From positions 288,001 to 352,000 of the forward strand of contig JBFWNL010000004.1 in the NCBI GenBank assembly GCA_050251055.1: a stretch of DNA of 64,000 bases, written 5' to 3'. The position numbers were made by a program, and so were the translations under genes. Below, piece by piece: positions 32,285 through 42,380 of the stretch. Source of the stretch: Bacteriovoracia bacterium. Its GTDB lineage: Bacteria > Bdellovibrionota > UBA1018 > JBFWNL01. The notes beneath the pieces were generated by a model. The model worked only from the letters and a program-made list of their open reading frames with translations, did no database searches and had not been told where the DNA came from. How positions within the stretch are numbered: the first letter of the stretch is position 1; every line of letters starts with the position of its first letter.

Positions 32285-33698
32285 ACCTCGCGATCAGTCC
32301 GGGTACCTGTCGGAAGATACCATTGCCGCGCTGTCGAGCGCGATCGGCGGCGCGATCGCCATCGTGCGCATGAGCGGCCGCGAGTCCCGGCGAATTTTGG
32401 GCGAACTCTTGGTTAGCCCCGGCGGGTCCGGGGCGATGGCGGACGGCTTTCACTTTGGCGAAGCCGCGAAACTCCAACGCGTGGCGATTCCCGGTATCGA
32501 TGACGCCATGGTGGCCTGGTTTGAGAATCCCCGCAGCTACACCGGCGAAGATTTGGCCGAGTTTCACCTTCACGGCAGCGCATTCATCGCGGGCAAACTG
32601 CTCGCGCGGCTTTTTGAGTTGGGCGCGCGCCAGGCGCTGCCGGGGGAATTCAGTTTTCGCGCGGTGAAGAACGGAAAAATGTCGTTCGTGCAGGCGCAAG
32701 GCGTGGCGGATCTTATCTCCGCGGCGAACGACCCGGCTTTAGGATTGGCGCTTGAAAAATCCGGCGGGGGTCAGAACGCTTTTTACGAGGAGCTGGGGAA
32801 GGAGCTCCGTGAACTCGCGGCGCTCTCCGAGCTGGGCATCGATTTTTCCGATCAGGACGTCGACGAGGTCGCGCTACCGCGGCTGAAAGCAAAGGTGAAG
32901 GGACTTACGGAGAAGCTCGTGCGGCTGCGCGAGACGTATCGCCGCGGTAACTGGATCCAGGAGGGGATCGGCGTCGCTTTGGTGGGCCGCCCGAACGCCG
33001 GCAAGTCGAGCTTCTTCAACGCGCTTTTGGGCGAGGATCGCTCAATCGTCGCGGAAACCGCAGGGACGACCCGCGACCTCGTGCGCGAGAAAATCACCTT
33101 GCGCTCCGGCGGACGGAGCGCGAGCTTCCGCCTCGTGGACACCGCGGGCTTGCGTCGGTCCGAAGACCGGGTCGAAAGCGAAGGAATCCGCCGGACGGTT
33201 CAAGCGGCTAAACAGGCCGACCTGAACGTGGTTTTGGTGGATGGCACCTGCGATGTTACGGAGGAATTAACTCAGGTTTCAGACCTGGTGAGCTTGGATG
33301 CCACCCAGTGCGTGGGAATCCTCACTAAAGCGGATCTGTTATCCACCGAGGATCGCGATCGGCGGCTGGAGATCGCACGCAGGAGTCCGATATCTCAGTG
33401 GTTCTTCACATCGGCGGTGACCCAGGAGGGGATTGCGGAAGCCGCGTCGGGCTTGGTGGATTTCTGCGCAAGTTGGATTACACGGAAGGCGGGGGAAGTG
33501 ATCCTGACTCGCCTGGATCACCTTCAGGCCACCCAAGCGACCTTAGATATCCTTATAAACGCGTTGGAGGCCCGGGAAGTGGAACTCTTTGCGGCCGATC
33601 TACGGCATGGCTTGGCGGCCTTTTCGCCAGTGATCGGGCAGACGTTGCCAGACGATATTTTGGGGCAAATTTTCTCGGAATTTTGTATTGGAAAGTAA
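32265..33698 (+). CDS. mnmE: tRNA modification GTPase
   Basis: DTIAA, SYTGED, GRPNAGKSS, GTTRD, DTAGLR and FCIGK. Confidence 0.96.
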   Translation: MSPAPVKPRDQSGYLSEDTIAALSSAIGGAIAIVRMSGRESRRILGELLVSPGGSGAMADGFHFGEAAKLQRVAIPGIDDAMVAWFENPRSYTGEDLAEFHLHGSAFIAGKLLARLFELGARQALPGEFSFRAVKNGKMSFVQAQGVADLISAANDPALGLALEKSGGGQNAFYEELGKELRELAALSELGIDFSDQDVDEVALPRLKAKVKGLTEKLVRLRETYRRGNWIQEGIGVALVGRPNAGKSSFFNALLGEDRSIVAETAGTTRDLVREKITLRSGGRSASFRLVDTAGLRRSEDRVESEGIRRTVQAAKQADLNVVLVDGTCDVTEELTQVSDLVSLDATQCVGILTKADLLSTEDRDRRLEIARRSPISQWFFTSAVTQEGIAEAASGLVDFCASWITRKAGEVILTRLDHLQATQATLDILINALEAREVELFAADLRHGLAAFSPVIGQTLPDDILGQIFSEFCIGK

Positions 33699-33713
33699 AA
33701 GGAAATCACCACG

Positions 33714-34568
33714 ATGGCAGTTCAAAAGATCGGCGTCTTAGGCGCGGGACAAATGGGTAGCGGGATCGCACAAACCGCCGCGCAATCCGGATACGAAGTG
33801 TATCTGGCCGACGTGAATCTCGACTCGGCGACGGCCGCGAAGAAGAAAATTGAAACCCAACTGAAAAAGTTGGTCGAAAAGCAAAAGATCACCGACGCGG
33901 TCATGAACTCGACGCTTGCGAACATCCATCCCGTGAGCGGGTTAAAGGATTTCGGGCAAGTTGATCTCGTCGTCGAAGCGGTGACGGAAAATCCGGCGTT
34001 GAAGTTCGACTTCTTCAAGAAGCTCGACGAAGTGTGTAAGCCCGGCGCGATCTTGGCGTCGAACACGTCCTCGATTAGCATCACCGAGATCGCTGCCCAA
34101 ACGCGCCGCCCGGAAAAGGTCGCGGGCATGCACTTCATGAACCCGGTGCCGGTGATGAAGCTCGTCGAGGGGATCCGTGGCCTCCAAACCTCGGCCGATA
34201 CTTTTTCGACCGTGCGTCAGGTTGCGGAAAAAATGGGTAAGACGTTCGTGGAAGCGAACGATGCCCCTGGTTTCGCCGTCAACCGGATCCTCATGCCAAT
34301 GATTAACGAGGCGGTCACCGCTTTGCACGAAGGGGTTGCCTCGGCCAAGGACATCGACGTGGCGATGAAGCTCGGTACGAACCAACCCATGGGGCCCCTG
34401 GAGCTCGCGGACTTTATTGGCTTGGACACCTGCTTGGCGATCATGGAAGTCTTGCATCGGGGCCTGGGCGATTCGAAATATCGCCCGTCGCCGCTGCTGC
34501 GCAAATACGTGGCCGCCGGTTGGTTGGGCCGCAAGACGAAGCGAGGGTTCTTCACTTATGACGTATAA
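33714..34568 (+). CDS. hbd: 3-hydroxybutyryl-CoA dehydrogenase
   Basis: GAGQMGSGIA, SNTSS, GMHFMNP and PMGPLELADFIGLD. Confidence 0.93.
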   Translation: MAVQKIGVLGAGQMGSGIAQTAAQSGYEVYLADVNLDSATAAKKKIETQLKKLVEKQKITDAVMNSTLANIHPVSGLKDFGQVDLVVEAVTENPALKFDFFKKLDEVCKPGAILASNTSSISITEIAAQTRRPEKVAGMHFMNPVPVMKLVEGIRGLQTSADTFSTVRQVAEKMGKTFVEANDAPGFAVNRILMPMINEAVTALHEGVASAKDIDVAMKLGTNQPMGPLELADFIGLDTCLAIMEVLHRGLGDSKYRPSPLLRKYVAAGWLGRKTKRGFFTYDV

Positions 34569-35349
34569 GAATTTATTGCTTGAAACGCCGAGCCCCGGCG
34601 TGCAGGTCGTGAAGATCAACCGTCCGGGCGCCCTGAACGCGCTGAACACGGAAACTTTGCAGGAATTGCGCGATGCCTTGCGCGCGATCGAGCGGGATCG
34701 CGCGGTGCACGTGTTGGTGCTCACGGGCGAAGGCGAGAAATCGTTCATCGCGGGTGCCGATATCGTGGAGATGAAGGATAAGCGCCCCGCCGACGGCGTG
34801 GGCTTTGCGAAGCTGGGCCATGAAGTGACGAAGTACCTGGAGCTGATGCCGAAGCCGACGATCGCGGTGGTGAACGGTTTTGCGCTGGGCGGTGGCTGCG
34901 AGATGGCGATCGCGTGCGATTTTATCTTAGCTTCCGATAACGCGCTTTTTGGGCAGCCGGAAGTGGGCCTGGGGATTATTCCGGGCTTCGGCGCGACCGT
35001 GCGTCTGGCGAAGTTCGTGGGCTGGCCGATGGCTAAGGAGCTGATCTTCAGCGGTCGCCGTTTCAAAGCGGACGAAGCCCAGCGTATCGGCTTGGTGAAC
35101 CATGTTTATCCGCAAAAAGAGTTGATGACGGAAGCGCTGAAGCTCGCACAACAGATTTGCGCGAACTCGGGCGCGGCGATCGCCCATTCGAAGAAGCTCA
35201 TGAACGAGTTTTCTGAATCCACGGGGCTGAATTACAAGCTCGACGCCGAGGCCCAAGAGTTCGGCGGTTTGTTCGGTTCGCCCGATCAACGCGAAGGCAT
35301 GGGCGCCTTCGTAGAGAAACGCAAGGCAAAGTTCCAAGAGCTGCTTTAG
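34558..35349 (+). CDS. crt: Enoyl-CoA hydratase (crotonase)
   Basis: NRP.ALNAL, AGADI, ALGGGCE and GQPEVGLGIIPGFG; ATG at 34558. Confidence 0.92.
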   Translation: MTYKNLLLETPSPGVQVVKINRPGALNALNTETLQELRDALRAIERDRAVHVLVLTGEGEKSFIAGADIVEMKDKRPADGVGFAKLGHEVTKYLELMPKPTIAVVNGFALGGGCEMAIACDFILASDNALFGQPEVGLGIIPGFGATVRLAKFVGWPMAKELIFSGRRFKADEAQRIGLVNHVYPQKELMTEALKLAQQICANSGAAIAHSKKLMNEFSESTGLNYKLDAEAQEFGGLFGSPDQREGMGAFVEKRKAKFQELL

Positions 35350-35359
35350 GAGAAGGATC

Positions 35360-36517
35360 ATGATTCGTAACTGGCCAGAAACCGATGAGTCTTTGAAGAT
35401 GTTGATGGAGCAGGTGGCGGAGTTCGCGCAGAAGGAGATTGCGCCGCAAGCCCCGAAGTTTGATCAAACCGGGGAGTTTCCCCGCGAGGTGATCGGCCAG
35501 ATGGCCCAGCTAGGGCTGATGGGGATGATGGTACCTGAGCAGTGGGGCGGGTCCGATATGAACACCGTCGCTTACGCAATGGCGATGGAAGAGGTGGCGT
35601 CAGCCTGCGCGTCTACCGCGGTCGTGATGTCGGTGAATAACTCGCTCGTCTGTGCGCCGATCTTGAAGTTCGGCAACGAAAAGCAGAAGAAAGAAATCCT
35701 CACGCCGCTCGCGAAGGGCGAAAAGGTGGGGTGCTTCGCGCTCTCCGAGCCGGGGCACGGATCCGATCCCGCGGGGTTGAAGCTTTCGGCAAAGAAGACC
35801 GATGGCGGTTATATCCTAAAGGGCACGAAGAACTGGATCACGAACGGGAAGGAAGCGGACGTTTGCCTGGTTTTCGCCACGCTTGATCCCGCCCTGCGTA
35901 GTAAAGGGATTTGCGCTTTCTTGGTCGATACCCAGAGCAAAGGCTTTCAGGTGGCGAAGTTGGAAGATAAGCTGGGTATTCGCGCTTCCTCCACGGCCCA
36001 GCTTTTCTTCGACGACGTGTTTGTGCCATCGGACCGCCTGCTCGGCGAAGAAGGCCAAGGGTTCAAGGTCGCCATGACGACGTTGGATGGGGGCCGCATC
36101 GGCATCGCCGCGCAGGCTTTGGGCATCGCCCGCTGCGCGTTGGATGCTTCCCGTAAGTTCGCCTCCGAGCGCGAACAATTCGGCGCGCCTATCGCCAAGC
36201 TGCAAGCTATCCAATTTCACATCGCCGATATGGCCACCCGTCTGCAGGCCGCGCGCCTGCTTACGTGGAATGCCGCCCGTTTAAAAGATAGCGGCGAGAA
36301 TTTCACGAAGGCCGCGGCGATGGCGAAGCTCTCGGCTTCCGAAGCCGCGATGTGGATCGCCACCAAGGCCATCCAGGTTCACGGCGGTTACGGTTACACC
36401 ACCGAGTACGTGGTGGAGCGCAACTTCCGCGACGCTAAGATCACCGAGATCTACGAAGGCACTTCCGAGATCCAACGTCTTGTGATCGCTAGCCAGGAGT
36501 TCGCGGATGTCCGGTAA
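35360..36517 (+). CDS. Short-chain acyl-CoA (butyryl-CoA) dehydrogenase
   Basis: [34 protein letters not shown] and [10 protein letters not shown]. Confidence 0.93.
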   Translation: MIRNWPETDESLKMLMEQVAEFAQKEIAPQAPKFDQTGEFPREVIGQMAQLGLMGMMVPEQWGGSDMNTVAYAMAMEEVASACASTAVVMSVNNSLVCAPILKFGNEKQKKEILTPLAKGEKVGCFALSEPGHGSDPAGLKLSAKKTDGGYILKGTKNWITNGKEADVCLVFATLDPALRSKGICAFLVDTQSKGFQVAKLEDKLGIRASSTAQLFFDDVFVPSDRLLGEEGQGFKVAMTTLDGGRIGIAAQALGIARCALDASRKFASEREQFGAPIAKLQAIQFHIADMATRLQAARLLTWNAARLKDSGENFTKAAAMAKLSASEAAMWIATKAIQVHGGYGYTTEYVVERNFRDAKITEIYEGTSEIQRLVIASQEFADVR

Positions 36518-38186
36518 AGAAAAAGATCTAAAAAGCGCCCACGCGGATTGGGAGACAAAGCTTGGGGAGATCGAGAAACGCTTTCCGCCACGAAACGCGA
36601 AATTCACCACCCATAGCGATATGGACCTGCCGCTGCTCTCGACGCCGCTTGATCTCGAGAAAGAAGGCTTCGATTACCTGCGCGATCTGAATTTTCCGGG
36701 TGAATATCCCTATACCCGCGGCGTGCAGGCGAATCTTTATCGCGGCAAGCTTTGGACGATGCGCCAATTCGCGGGCTTCGCCGGGGCGAAGGAAACCAAT
36801 CAGCGTTTTAAGCTCTTGCTCGCGGAAGGCCAGACCGGTCTTTCGACCGCGTTCGATATGCCCACGTTGATGGGTTACGACGCCGATAGCCCTCTGGGGA
36901 AAGGCGAGGTCGGCAAGTGCGGCGTATCCGTGTGCTCGCTCGAAGACATGGAAGAGCTTTATGCGGGCATTCCGCTGGGTGAAGTGACGACCTCGATGAC
37001 GATCAACGGGCCCGCCGCCGTCTTATTGGGGATGTACTTCGCGGTTGCGGAAAAACAGGGGGTTCCGAAGGCGAAGGTCCGCGGCACGCTTCAGAATGAC
37101 ATTTTAAAGGAATACATCGCGCAGAAGGAATGGCTCTTCCCGGTTCCCGCGGCCGTGGAGCTCGTGATCGATACCATCGAGTATTGTACGAAGCACTACC
37201 CCAATTGGAACACGGTCAGCATCAGCGGCTACCACATCCGCGAGGCGGGCGCGACCGCCGTGCAGGAGCTCGCCTTTACGATCGCCGATGGGCTCGCTTA
37301 CGTCGATCAAAGTCTTAAGCGCGGCATGAAGATCGATGACTTCGCCCCGCGCCTTTCGTTCTTCTTTGATGTGCATAACGATTTTTACGAAGAGATCGCC
37401 AAGTTCCGCGCCGCCCGCCGGATGTGGGCAAAGCTGATGCGTGAGCGTTACGGCGCGAAGGACCCGAAATCGTGGATGTTGCGCACGCACGCCCAGACCG
37501 CGGGCGTTTCGCTTACGGCGCAGCAACCTTACAACAATATCGTCCGCGTCGCGATCCAAGCCTTGGCGGGCGTGCTCGGCGGCACGAATTCGCTCCACAC
37601 GAACAGCATGGATGAGACGTTGGCGTTACCCACCGACGAGGCGGTCATGATTGCATTGCGCACGCAGCAGATCATCGCCGAGGAAAGCGGGGTGGCCAAC
37701 GTGGTGGACCCCTTCGGGGGATCCTACTTCATGGAGTCGCTCACGAATCGCGTCGAGCGCGAGGCGATGGAGTACATCCGTAAAATTGATGACCTGGGTG
37801 GCATGGTGAAGGCGGTCGAGCGCGGTTTCCCGCAGGCGGAAATCGCCAATAGCGCTTACCATTACCAGCGCATGGTCGAGAAGAAAGAGAAGATCATCGT
37901 CGGCGTGAATAAATTCCAGGTGAAGGAAGCCAAGCGAACGGTGGAGACGCTCTACATCGATCGGTCACTGGAAAAAAACCGCCACGAGCAGCTGCGTGCC
38001 TTACGCGCAAAGCGTCCGGCGGCGCCCCACCAGGCCGCGATGCGCCGGATCCGTGAGCAGGCCCAGGCCGGCAAAAACATGATGGAGCCTATCATCGACG
38101 CCGTGAAAGCGTATGCGACGTTGCAGGAAATTTGCGACGAAATGCGCGGAGTATACGGGATTTACCGCGAAGCGGGGAGCTTCTAA
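36507..38186 (+). CDS. icmA: B12-dependent acyl-CoA mutase large subunit, isobutyryl-CoA mutase type
   Basis: [32 protein letters not shown] and [11 protein letters not shown]. Confidence 0.85.
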   Translation: MSGKEKDLKSAHADWETKLGEIEKRFPPRNAKFTTHSDMDLPLLSTPLDLEKEGFDYLRDLNFPGEYPYTRGVQANLYRGKLWTMRQFAGFAGAKETNQRFKLLLAEGQTGLSTAFDMPTLMGYDADSPLGKGEVGKCGVSVCSLEDMEELYAGIPLGEVTTSMTINGPAAVLLGMYFAVAEKQGVPKAKVRGTLQNDILKEYIAQKEWLFPVPAAVELVIDTIEYCTKHYPNWNTVSISGYHIREAGATAVQELAFTIADGLAYVDQSLKRGMKIDDFAPRLSFFFDVHNDFYEEIAKFRAARRMWAKLMRERYGAKDPKSWMLRTHAQTAGVSLTAQQPYNNIVRVAIQALAGVLGGTNSLHTNSMDETLALPTDEAVMIALRTQQIIAEESGVANVVDPFGGSYFMESLTNRVEREAMEYIRKIDDLGGMVKAVERGFPQAEIANSAYHYQRMVEKKEKIIVGVNKFQVKEAKRTVETLYIDRSLEKNRHEQLRALRAKRPAAPHQAAMRRIREQAQAGKNMMEPIIDAVKAYATLQEICDEMRGVYGIYREAGSF

Positions 38187-38188
38187 GC

Positions 38189-38626
38189 ATGACCGGAAAG
38201 TCGGAACGTCAAGTCAGCCGCCCGGCCGATCGAAAGATCCGGGTACTCGTAGCTAAGCCGGGACTGGATGGCCATGATCGCGGCGCGAAGGTGATCGCGC
38301 GTGCGCTGCGGGACGCGGGCTTCGAGGTGATCTACACGGGGGTGCACCAAACTCCGGAGATGATCGTCAGCGCCGCCGTCGAGGAAGACGTGCACGTCGT
38401 GGGCGTGAGCATTCTGTCGGGCGCGCACAACGCCGTGGTCCCGGAAATTATCGAGGGCGTGAAAAAGGAAGGCCTTACCGACGCGCTCTTTCTGGTGGGC
38501 GGGATCATTCCCGATGAAGACATGGATTTTTTGAAAAAGGTCGGCGTGCAAATGGTTTTCACGCCCGGCGCGTCGCTAGGCGACATCATCGATTACATTC
38601 GTAAGAATGCGCCTGTTCGAGAATAA
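38189..38626 (+). CDS. icmB: Acyl-CoA mutase small, cobalamin-binding subunit
   Basis: KPGLDGHDRG, SILSGAH and GGIIP. Confidence 0.88.
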   Translation: MTGKSERQVSRPADRKIRVLVAKPGLDGHDRGAKVIARALRDAGFEVIYTGVHQTPEMIVSAAVEEDVHVVGVSILSGAHNAVVPEIIEGVKKEGLTDALFLVGGIIPDEDMDFLKKVGVQMVFTPGASLGDIIDYIRKNAPVRE

Positions 38627-39773
38627 ATCCGCCCAGACCGTGCTCGGTCTTTTGCTAACCCTGCTGGCTATCGTCCTTGTCCGCCACACAATCTCCCAAG
38701 GCCAGGATTTCGACGTGTTTTGGCGGACCGCGCGTTATGTTCTCGACGGCCAAACCACTTATTCCGTCCAGCGCGACTGGGCCAATGTCTACAAGTACCC
38801 GCCTTGGAGCGTGCCGGCTTTTTTCCCGTTTGCGATGGCGCCGCTTTGGTTCGCCAAGTGGGTGTGGGCGCTCTTGCAGGTGGCGTCGCTGTTTTACGTG
38901 GGTCGCTTCCTGGCGAATCGCGTGCGTCGCCGTCGCAGCGTATTCATTCCGCTGCTCCTTTTTTGGGGAATTTGGGTGGTGCACGCGCTCGACGGCCAAG
39001 TTAATTTGATGATGTTGGCGGGCGCGTTGTGGGCGAGCGAGCGCTTCGCCCGCGTGTCGGTGATTCAAGCCCCGAGTATAGTTTGGTTTCTTAGTTTGAA
39101 GATTTTTACCGGCCTGGGAGTTGTCGGGTACCTCGGGGTATTTAGAAACTGGAAAGCATGGGCATCGACGGTTTTGGTGTTAGGTGGGCTATCGTTGCCC
39201 TCGCTCTGGGTTGCTCCTCGCCATAGCCCGGCGGAGCTTCTCGCCTCCTGGTCGCTTGCCGCCAGTTCGGCGGGGGCGCTCTTTCACAATGAAAAGGTGA
39301 GGGGGAGAGATAATCAGGGTTTACCCGCCCTAGTCCTGCGCGTGGCCAAGGTTCCCGCGATTGAGCACCGTACGGACGTTTACATCGCGGCGGGTTTGGC
39401 ATTGCTCTTAGGGCTGGCGTGGTTCTTTTATTCGCAGGGAGCGCGTCCGCTGGTTCGGCAAGCGGGTTGGTTGGCGCTGATCCCGGTCGTGCATCCGCTG
39501 GCATGGTTTCATCTTTTCGTGTTCGCGTTTCCTATCGTGGTTTTAGCCTGGGATGGCGCGATCGCGATGCGGCGCCAGGGTTGGTTGGCGCTGGTATTAT
39601 TGGCCACGCTACTCATTGCGGCATTTACCCAGAAGACTTTGGGCGCATTCGGTTTGGCGTTGGAGATGGCGTCGGTGAAGTCATGGGGTGTGTTGCTAGC
39701 GATGTTTTTGGCCCCCCATCTCTTTAAAGCCGGACGCGTGACTTCGGCGGGCCTTGCTCCTTATCGGGTTTGA
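38607..39773 (+). CDS. GT87/DUF2029-like membrane glycosyltransferase (GT-C)
   Basis: DFDVF, YKYPP and GQVN motifs; multiple TM segments. Confidence 0.75.
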   Translation: MRLFENKSAQTVLGLLLTLLAIVLVRHTISQGQDFDVFWRTARYVLDGQTTYSVQRDWANVYKYPPWSVPAFFPFAMAPLWFAKWVWALLQVASLFYVGRFLANRVRRRRSVFIPLLLFWGIWVVHALDGQVNLMMLAGALWASERFARVSVIQAPSIVWFLSLKIFTGLGVVGYLGVFRNWKAWASTVLVLGGLSLPSLWVAPRHSPAELLASWSLAASSAGALFHNEKVRGRDNQGLPALVLRVAKVPAIEHRTDVYIAAGLALLLGLAWFFYSQGARPLVRQAGWLALIPVVHPLAWFHLFVFAFPIVVLAWDGAIAMRRQGWLALVLLATLLIAAFTQKTLGAFGLALEMASVKSWGVLLAMFLAPHLFKAGRVTSAGLAPYRV

Positions 39774-39797
39774 CGGCCGTCGGCCGTGTGCTAAAGG
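39770..39797 (+). promoter_or_regulatory. Putative sigma70 promoter of tRNA-Gly
   Basis: TTGACG-N16-TAAAGG with an extended TGn element. Confidence 0.55.
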
Positions 39798-39815
39798 TAA
39801 AACTTCTTCTCGGAT

Positions 39816-39892
39816 GCGGGTGTAGCTCAGTTGGCTAGAGCGCGAGCTTCCCAAGCTCGAGGTCGAGGGTTCGAGCCCCTTCGCCCGCTCCA
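39816..39892 (+). tRNA. tRNA-Gly(CCC)
   Basis: Acceptor stem GCGGGTG/CGCCCGC; anticodon arm CGAGC-TTCCCAA-GCTCG; GGTTCGAGCCC T-arm; encoded CCA. Confidence 0.97.
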
Positions 39893-39982
39893 TAATCATC
39901 ATTCATTTTACAAAGCGGCATTGTAGTTGAATCGTGCATTGAGATTCACAGATGCGAAGGGCTCGAAGCGAAGGAGCGACCT

Positions 39983-40888
39983 TCATCGCTTTTCTTTAGA
40001 CTCGCCCTTTTCCTGAGATCCCTCACCCTCTTTGGGAGGGTCTGGGGTTGGAGTGGGGAATGGATTCGGAGTCGGATTCTTGGTATCGGGGTTTTCCCCC
40101 AATCGGACCGCGGCTTCCGTGCAGAGAGTTTCTACCAGCGTTTGATTTTTTTCCACTTCCCGGCCTTGGGGATCGAGAATGCCGCTGCAAGTAAGAGGTT
40201 TCAGACCTTGGCGAAGCGTGCCGATCGAATTCAAAATGGCATCGAAGTCGAGCGGTAAAATCGACATCTTGCGCACGAAGTTGTCGACGTTCAGCACGAG
40301 ATCCAATCCTTGGGTCTCTTGAGTGATGTCGAAGTCGCCGATAAAGCGAAGCTGATAAGGCTGGGGAGTCGCATTCCAACCCAAAGCGTTATGAATAAAT
40401 ACGGAAGTGTTCACCCACATATATCCTGGGCAAAAGCTGTGACGGGTCTGCAGGATAAGTCCACCGTAGAGTCCTTCGGGAAGCGAGATGGTAGAAAGGG
40501 AAGTCAGACCCATGCCGATGTAGCCGGGGCCATCTCCGTTCCCGAAAACCGTGTCGTCAGGAGCTGCGACTGTAGTGGTTTGTGGGCCTCGTTCCTTCGG
40601 GTACCCGTTTGAGTTCGGAAGCGAGTAACGAGGGGTTTCTGTGCCAGCGCGTGGAATGGCGGTGATGCTCTCGATGCACGCGCTGAAGTGATACACACCA
40701 TTTTCAATCGTGCGCTCGTAGTAAAGGTTGGCCTTTTTGAAGTCGTGAGAATTTTCCGGATTTCCGATTTTGGTGCCGCCGCCAGACACGCTTGCCGTAG
40801 AAGAGTCGCTGCTGCCACCGACCGCGCAGGATGACATGGCTGCGATCAGCAAGACGACGCTGAAATTGGCTAAAATCCCCAGTTTCAA
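39983..40888 (-). CDS. Hypothetical lipoprotein
   Basis: Lipobox MSSC; Ser/Gly linker followed by GGTKIGNP; Pro-rich tail; TTG start with a GGGGG RBS. Confidence 0.75.
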   Translation of the reverse strand: MKLGILANFSVVLLIAAMSSCAVGGSSDSSTASVSGGGTKIGNPENSHDFKKANLYYERTIENGVYHFSACIESITAIPRAGTETPRYSLPNSNGYPKERGPQTTTVAAPDDTVFGNGDGPGYIGMGLTSLSTISLPEGLYGGLILQTRHSFCPGYMWVNTSVFIHNALGWNATPQPYQLRFIGDFDITQETQGLDLVLNVDNFVRKMSILPLDFDAILNSIGTLRQGLKPLTCSGILDPQGREVEKNQTLVETLCTEAAVRLGENPDTKNPTPNPFPTPTPDPPKEGEGSQEKGESKEKR

Positions 40889-40890
40889 GA

Positions 40891-42071
40891 ATGGCCCCCA
40901 AAAAAGATCTGCGTAGCTCTATTATAGCGCAGTGCGTTTTAAAAATTGTTAAGACGAGATAAATAATTATTTAATAAATACATATAGTTAAGCGGATTCC
41001 CGAGCCATCGGGATGGCGGCCAAGGTCACGTAATAGACCGAGTCGCGGGCGGGGTTTTTCTGGGTGAGGTCGTAGATTTTAGCCATGGTTTCTTCAATGA
41101 GGGTGCGTACCTCGTGGAAGGTCTTTTGATCCATGCCGATGGAAAAGCCTAGAATGTGACGATGTTCGCGGTCGACGCGTTGAATGGATTCAGCGACCAA
41201 ATCGAGCATCGATTTGTGGTATTCCGCCATCGCGACCCGGTAAACCTCGGCGTCGCATTCGATGAGTTTGCTAGAGGGTTGCGTCTTTTCGATGTAACCG
41301 TGATCGACCAAAAACTGCACGGCTTTCTTGATTTCGATGAGCGGCACGGGATACACCAACCGTTTTTGAATCCACTCCGGATCTAGCTGAAAATGGCTCA
41401 TTCCAGACATTTCGCGAATCGCGACGTAAAACCAGCGGGAGAGGTAGCGATAGACTTCGAACTCTTTTGGATTTAGGCGGCGGTAGGTGGCGAAGTTCTG
41501 AATTGTTTGGAAAGCTTCGCGACGCGCTTTGGTGTCCCGTGATTTCGTGATCGTGCGCAATGAGCGAAAGAAATTCGCCTCCGCCGGGGAGAGATCCATC
41601 AGCGGAATTAGCTTTTCGAGCGCCTTTTGAGTGAGGGAGCGCGCGCCTTTTATGACGAGGGGAAGGTGGGCTGGCGTCAGCCCCGCCGATTTCGCGAGGG
41701 CGCGTTGAGAGAATTTGGGCTGCGCCCCCCTTTGAAAAGCGAGCCAATCCTTTAGGAAGGCCACGGGATCATTATATTGGTGAATATCAGGGCGATTCAT
41801 AAAGTGATTACATTTGATAATAATCTATGTGTAATCGGGGTGGAATATAATATTTAATTATATGATTTTATTATATAAACAATTGAAAATACATGCAGTA
41901 CGATTACATTTATAAAAATATTATTTGACTATGATGCTATGTGTTGGTAATCTGGTTACAGAAGCGCAGGACACCGAGGGTATACGGAAAATGCGCGGAC
42001 GAGTCACTTAGCATCATTCGGGGTTGATCTGGGTAAGTGGGATTCGGGGTGGGTATTTTTTTGGGGGCCAT
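40891..42071. repeat. Perfect 15-bp inverted repeat pair (40891-40905 and 42057-42071)
   Basis: ATGGCCCCCAAAAAA ... TTTTTTGGGGGCCAT, read directly. Confidence 0.85.
40988..41800 (-). CDS. TIGR02147-family protein (N-terminal HTH plus DUF4423-like domain)
   Basis: 270 aa; DI.QY.D...FL, FSQRALAKSAGL, VIKGARSL and YLSRWFYVAIRE match the recalled family pattern. Confidence 0.85.
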   Translation of the reverse strand: MNRPDIHQYNDPVAFLKDWLAFQRGAQPKFSQRALAKSAGLTPAHLPLVIKGARSLTQKALEKLIPLMDLSPAEANFFRSLRTITKSRDTKARREAFQTIQNFATYRRLNPKEFEVYRYLSRWFYVAIREMSGMSHFQLDPEWIQKRLVYPVPLIEIKKAVQFLVDHGYIEKTQPSSKLIECDAEVYRVAMAEYHKSMLDLVAESIQRVDREHRHILGFSIGMDQKTFHEVRTLIEETMAKIYDLTQKNPARDSVYYVTLAAIPMARESA

Positions 42072-42074
42072 ACG

Positions 42075-42188
42075 ATGAGTACGAAAGTTTCCGTCACGAA
42101 AATTAACGTTACTTCCAATCAAGCGCGCGTGAACGCGCGATTCATTCAACTTGAGCAACGCAAGTTGCTTAAGCGACTTACGGCATAA
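42075..42188 (+). CDS. Putative 37-aa small protein
   Basis: MSTKVSVTKINVTSNQARVNARFIQLEQRKLLKRLTA; GGGGG RBS; followed by a GC hairpin at 42209-42239. Confidence 0.45.
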   Translation: MSTKVSVTKINVTSNQARVNARFIQLEQRKLLKRLTA

Positions 42189-42380
42189 GGCTTCGGGGGC
42201 ACCGAATAGAGGGGGCGCCCGGTTCGCCGGGGCCCTCTCAAAAAAAGTTTTTCAATTGTCCGATGGAAAGGCGGCCGCCAGCCCGGCCCAATCCCTGTTT
42301 AACCATGGGTTGGCGGTCGTTCTCCGGACTCAGTTTTCTATTCGCTTAACTTTACTATCAATAACTTGGGGGTCATCTAG

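Noticed and set aside
42238-42266. Sigma28-like promoter (AAAA-N15-TCCGATGG) upstream of the secreted Cys protein
   Set aside because: Both elements deviate from TAAA/GCCGATAA; not supportable without TSS data.
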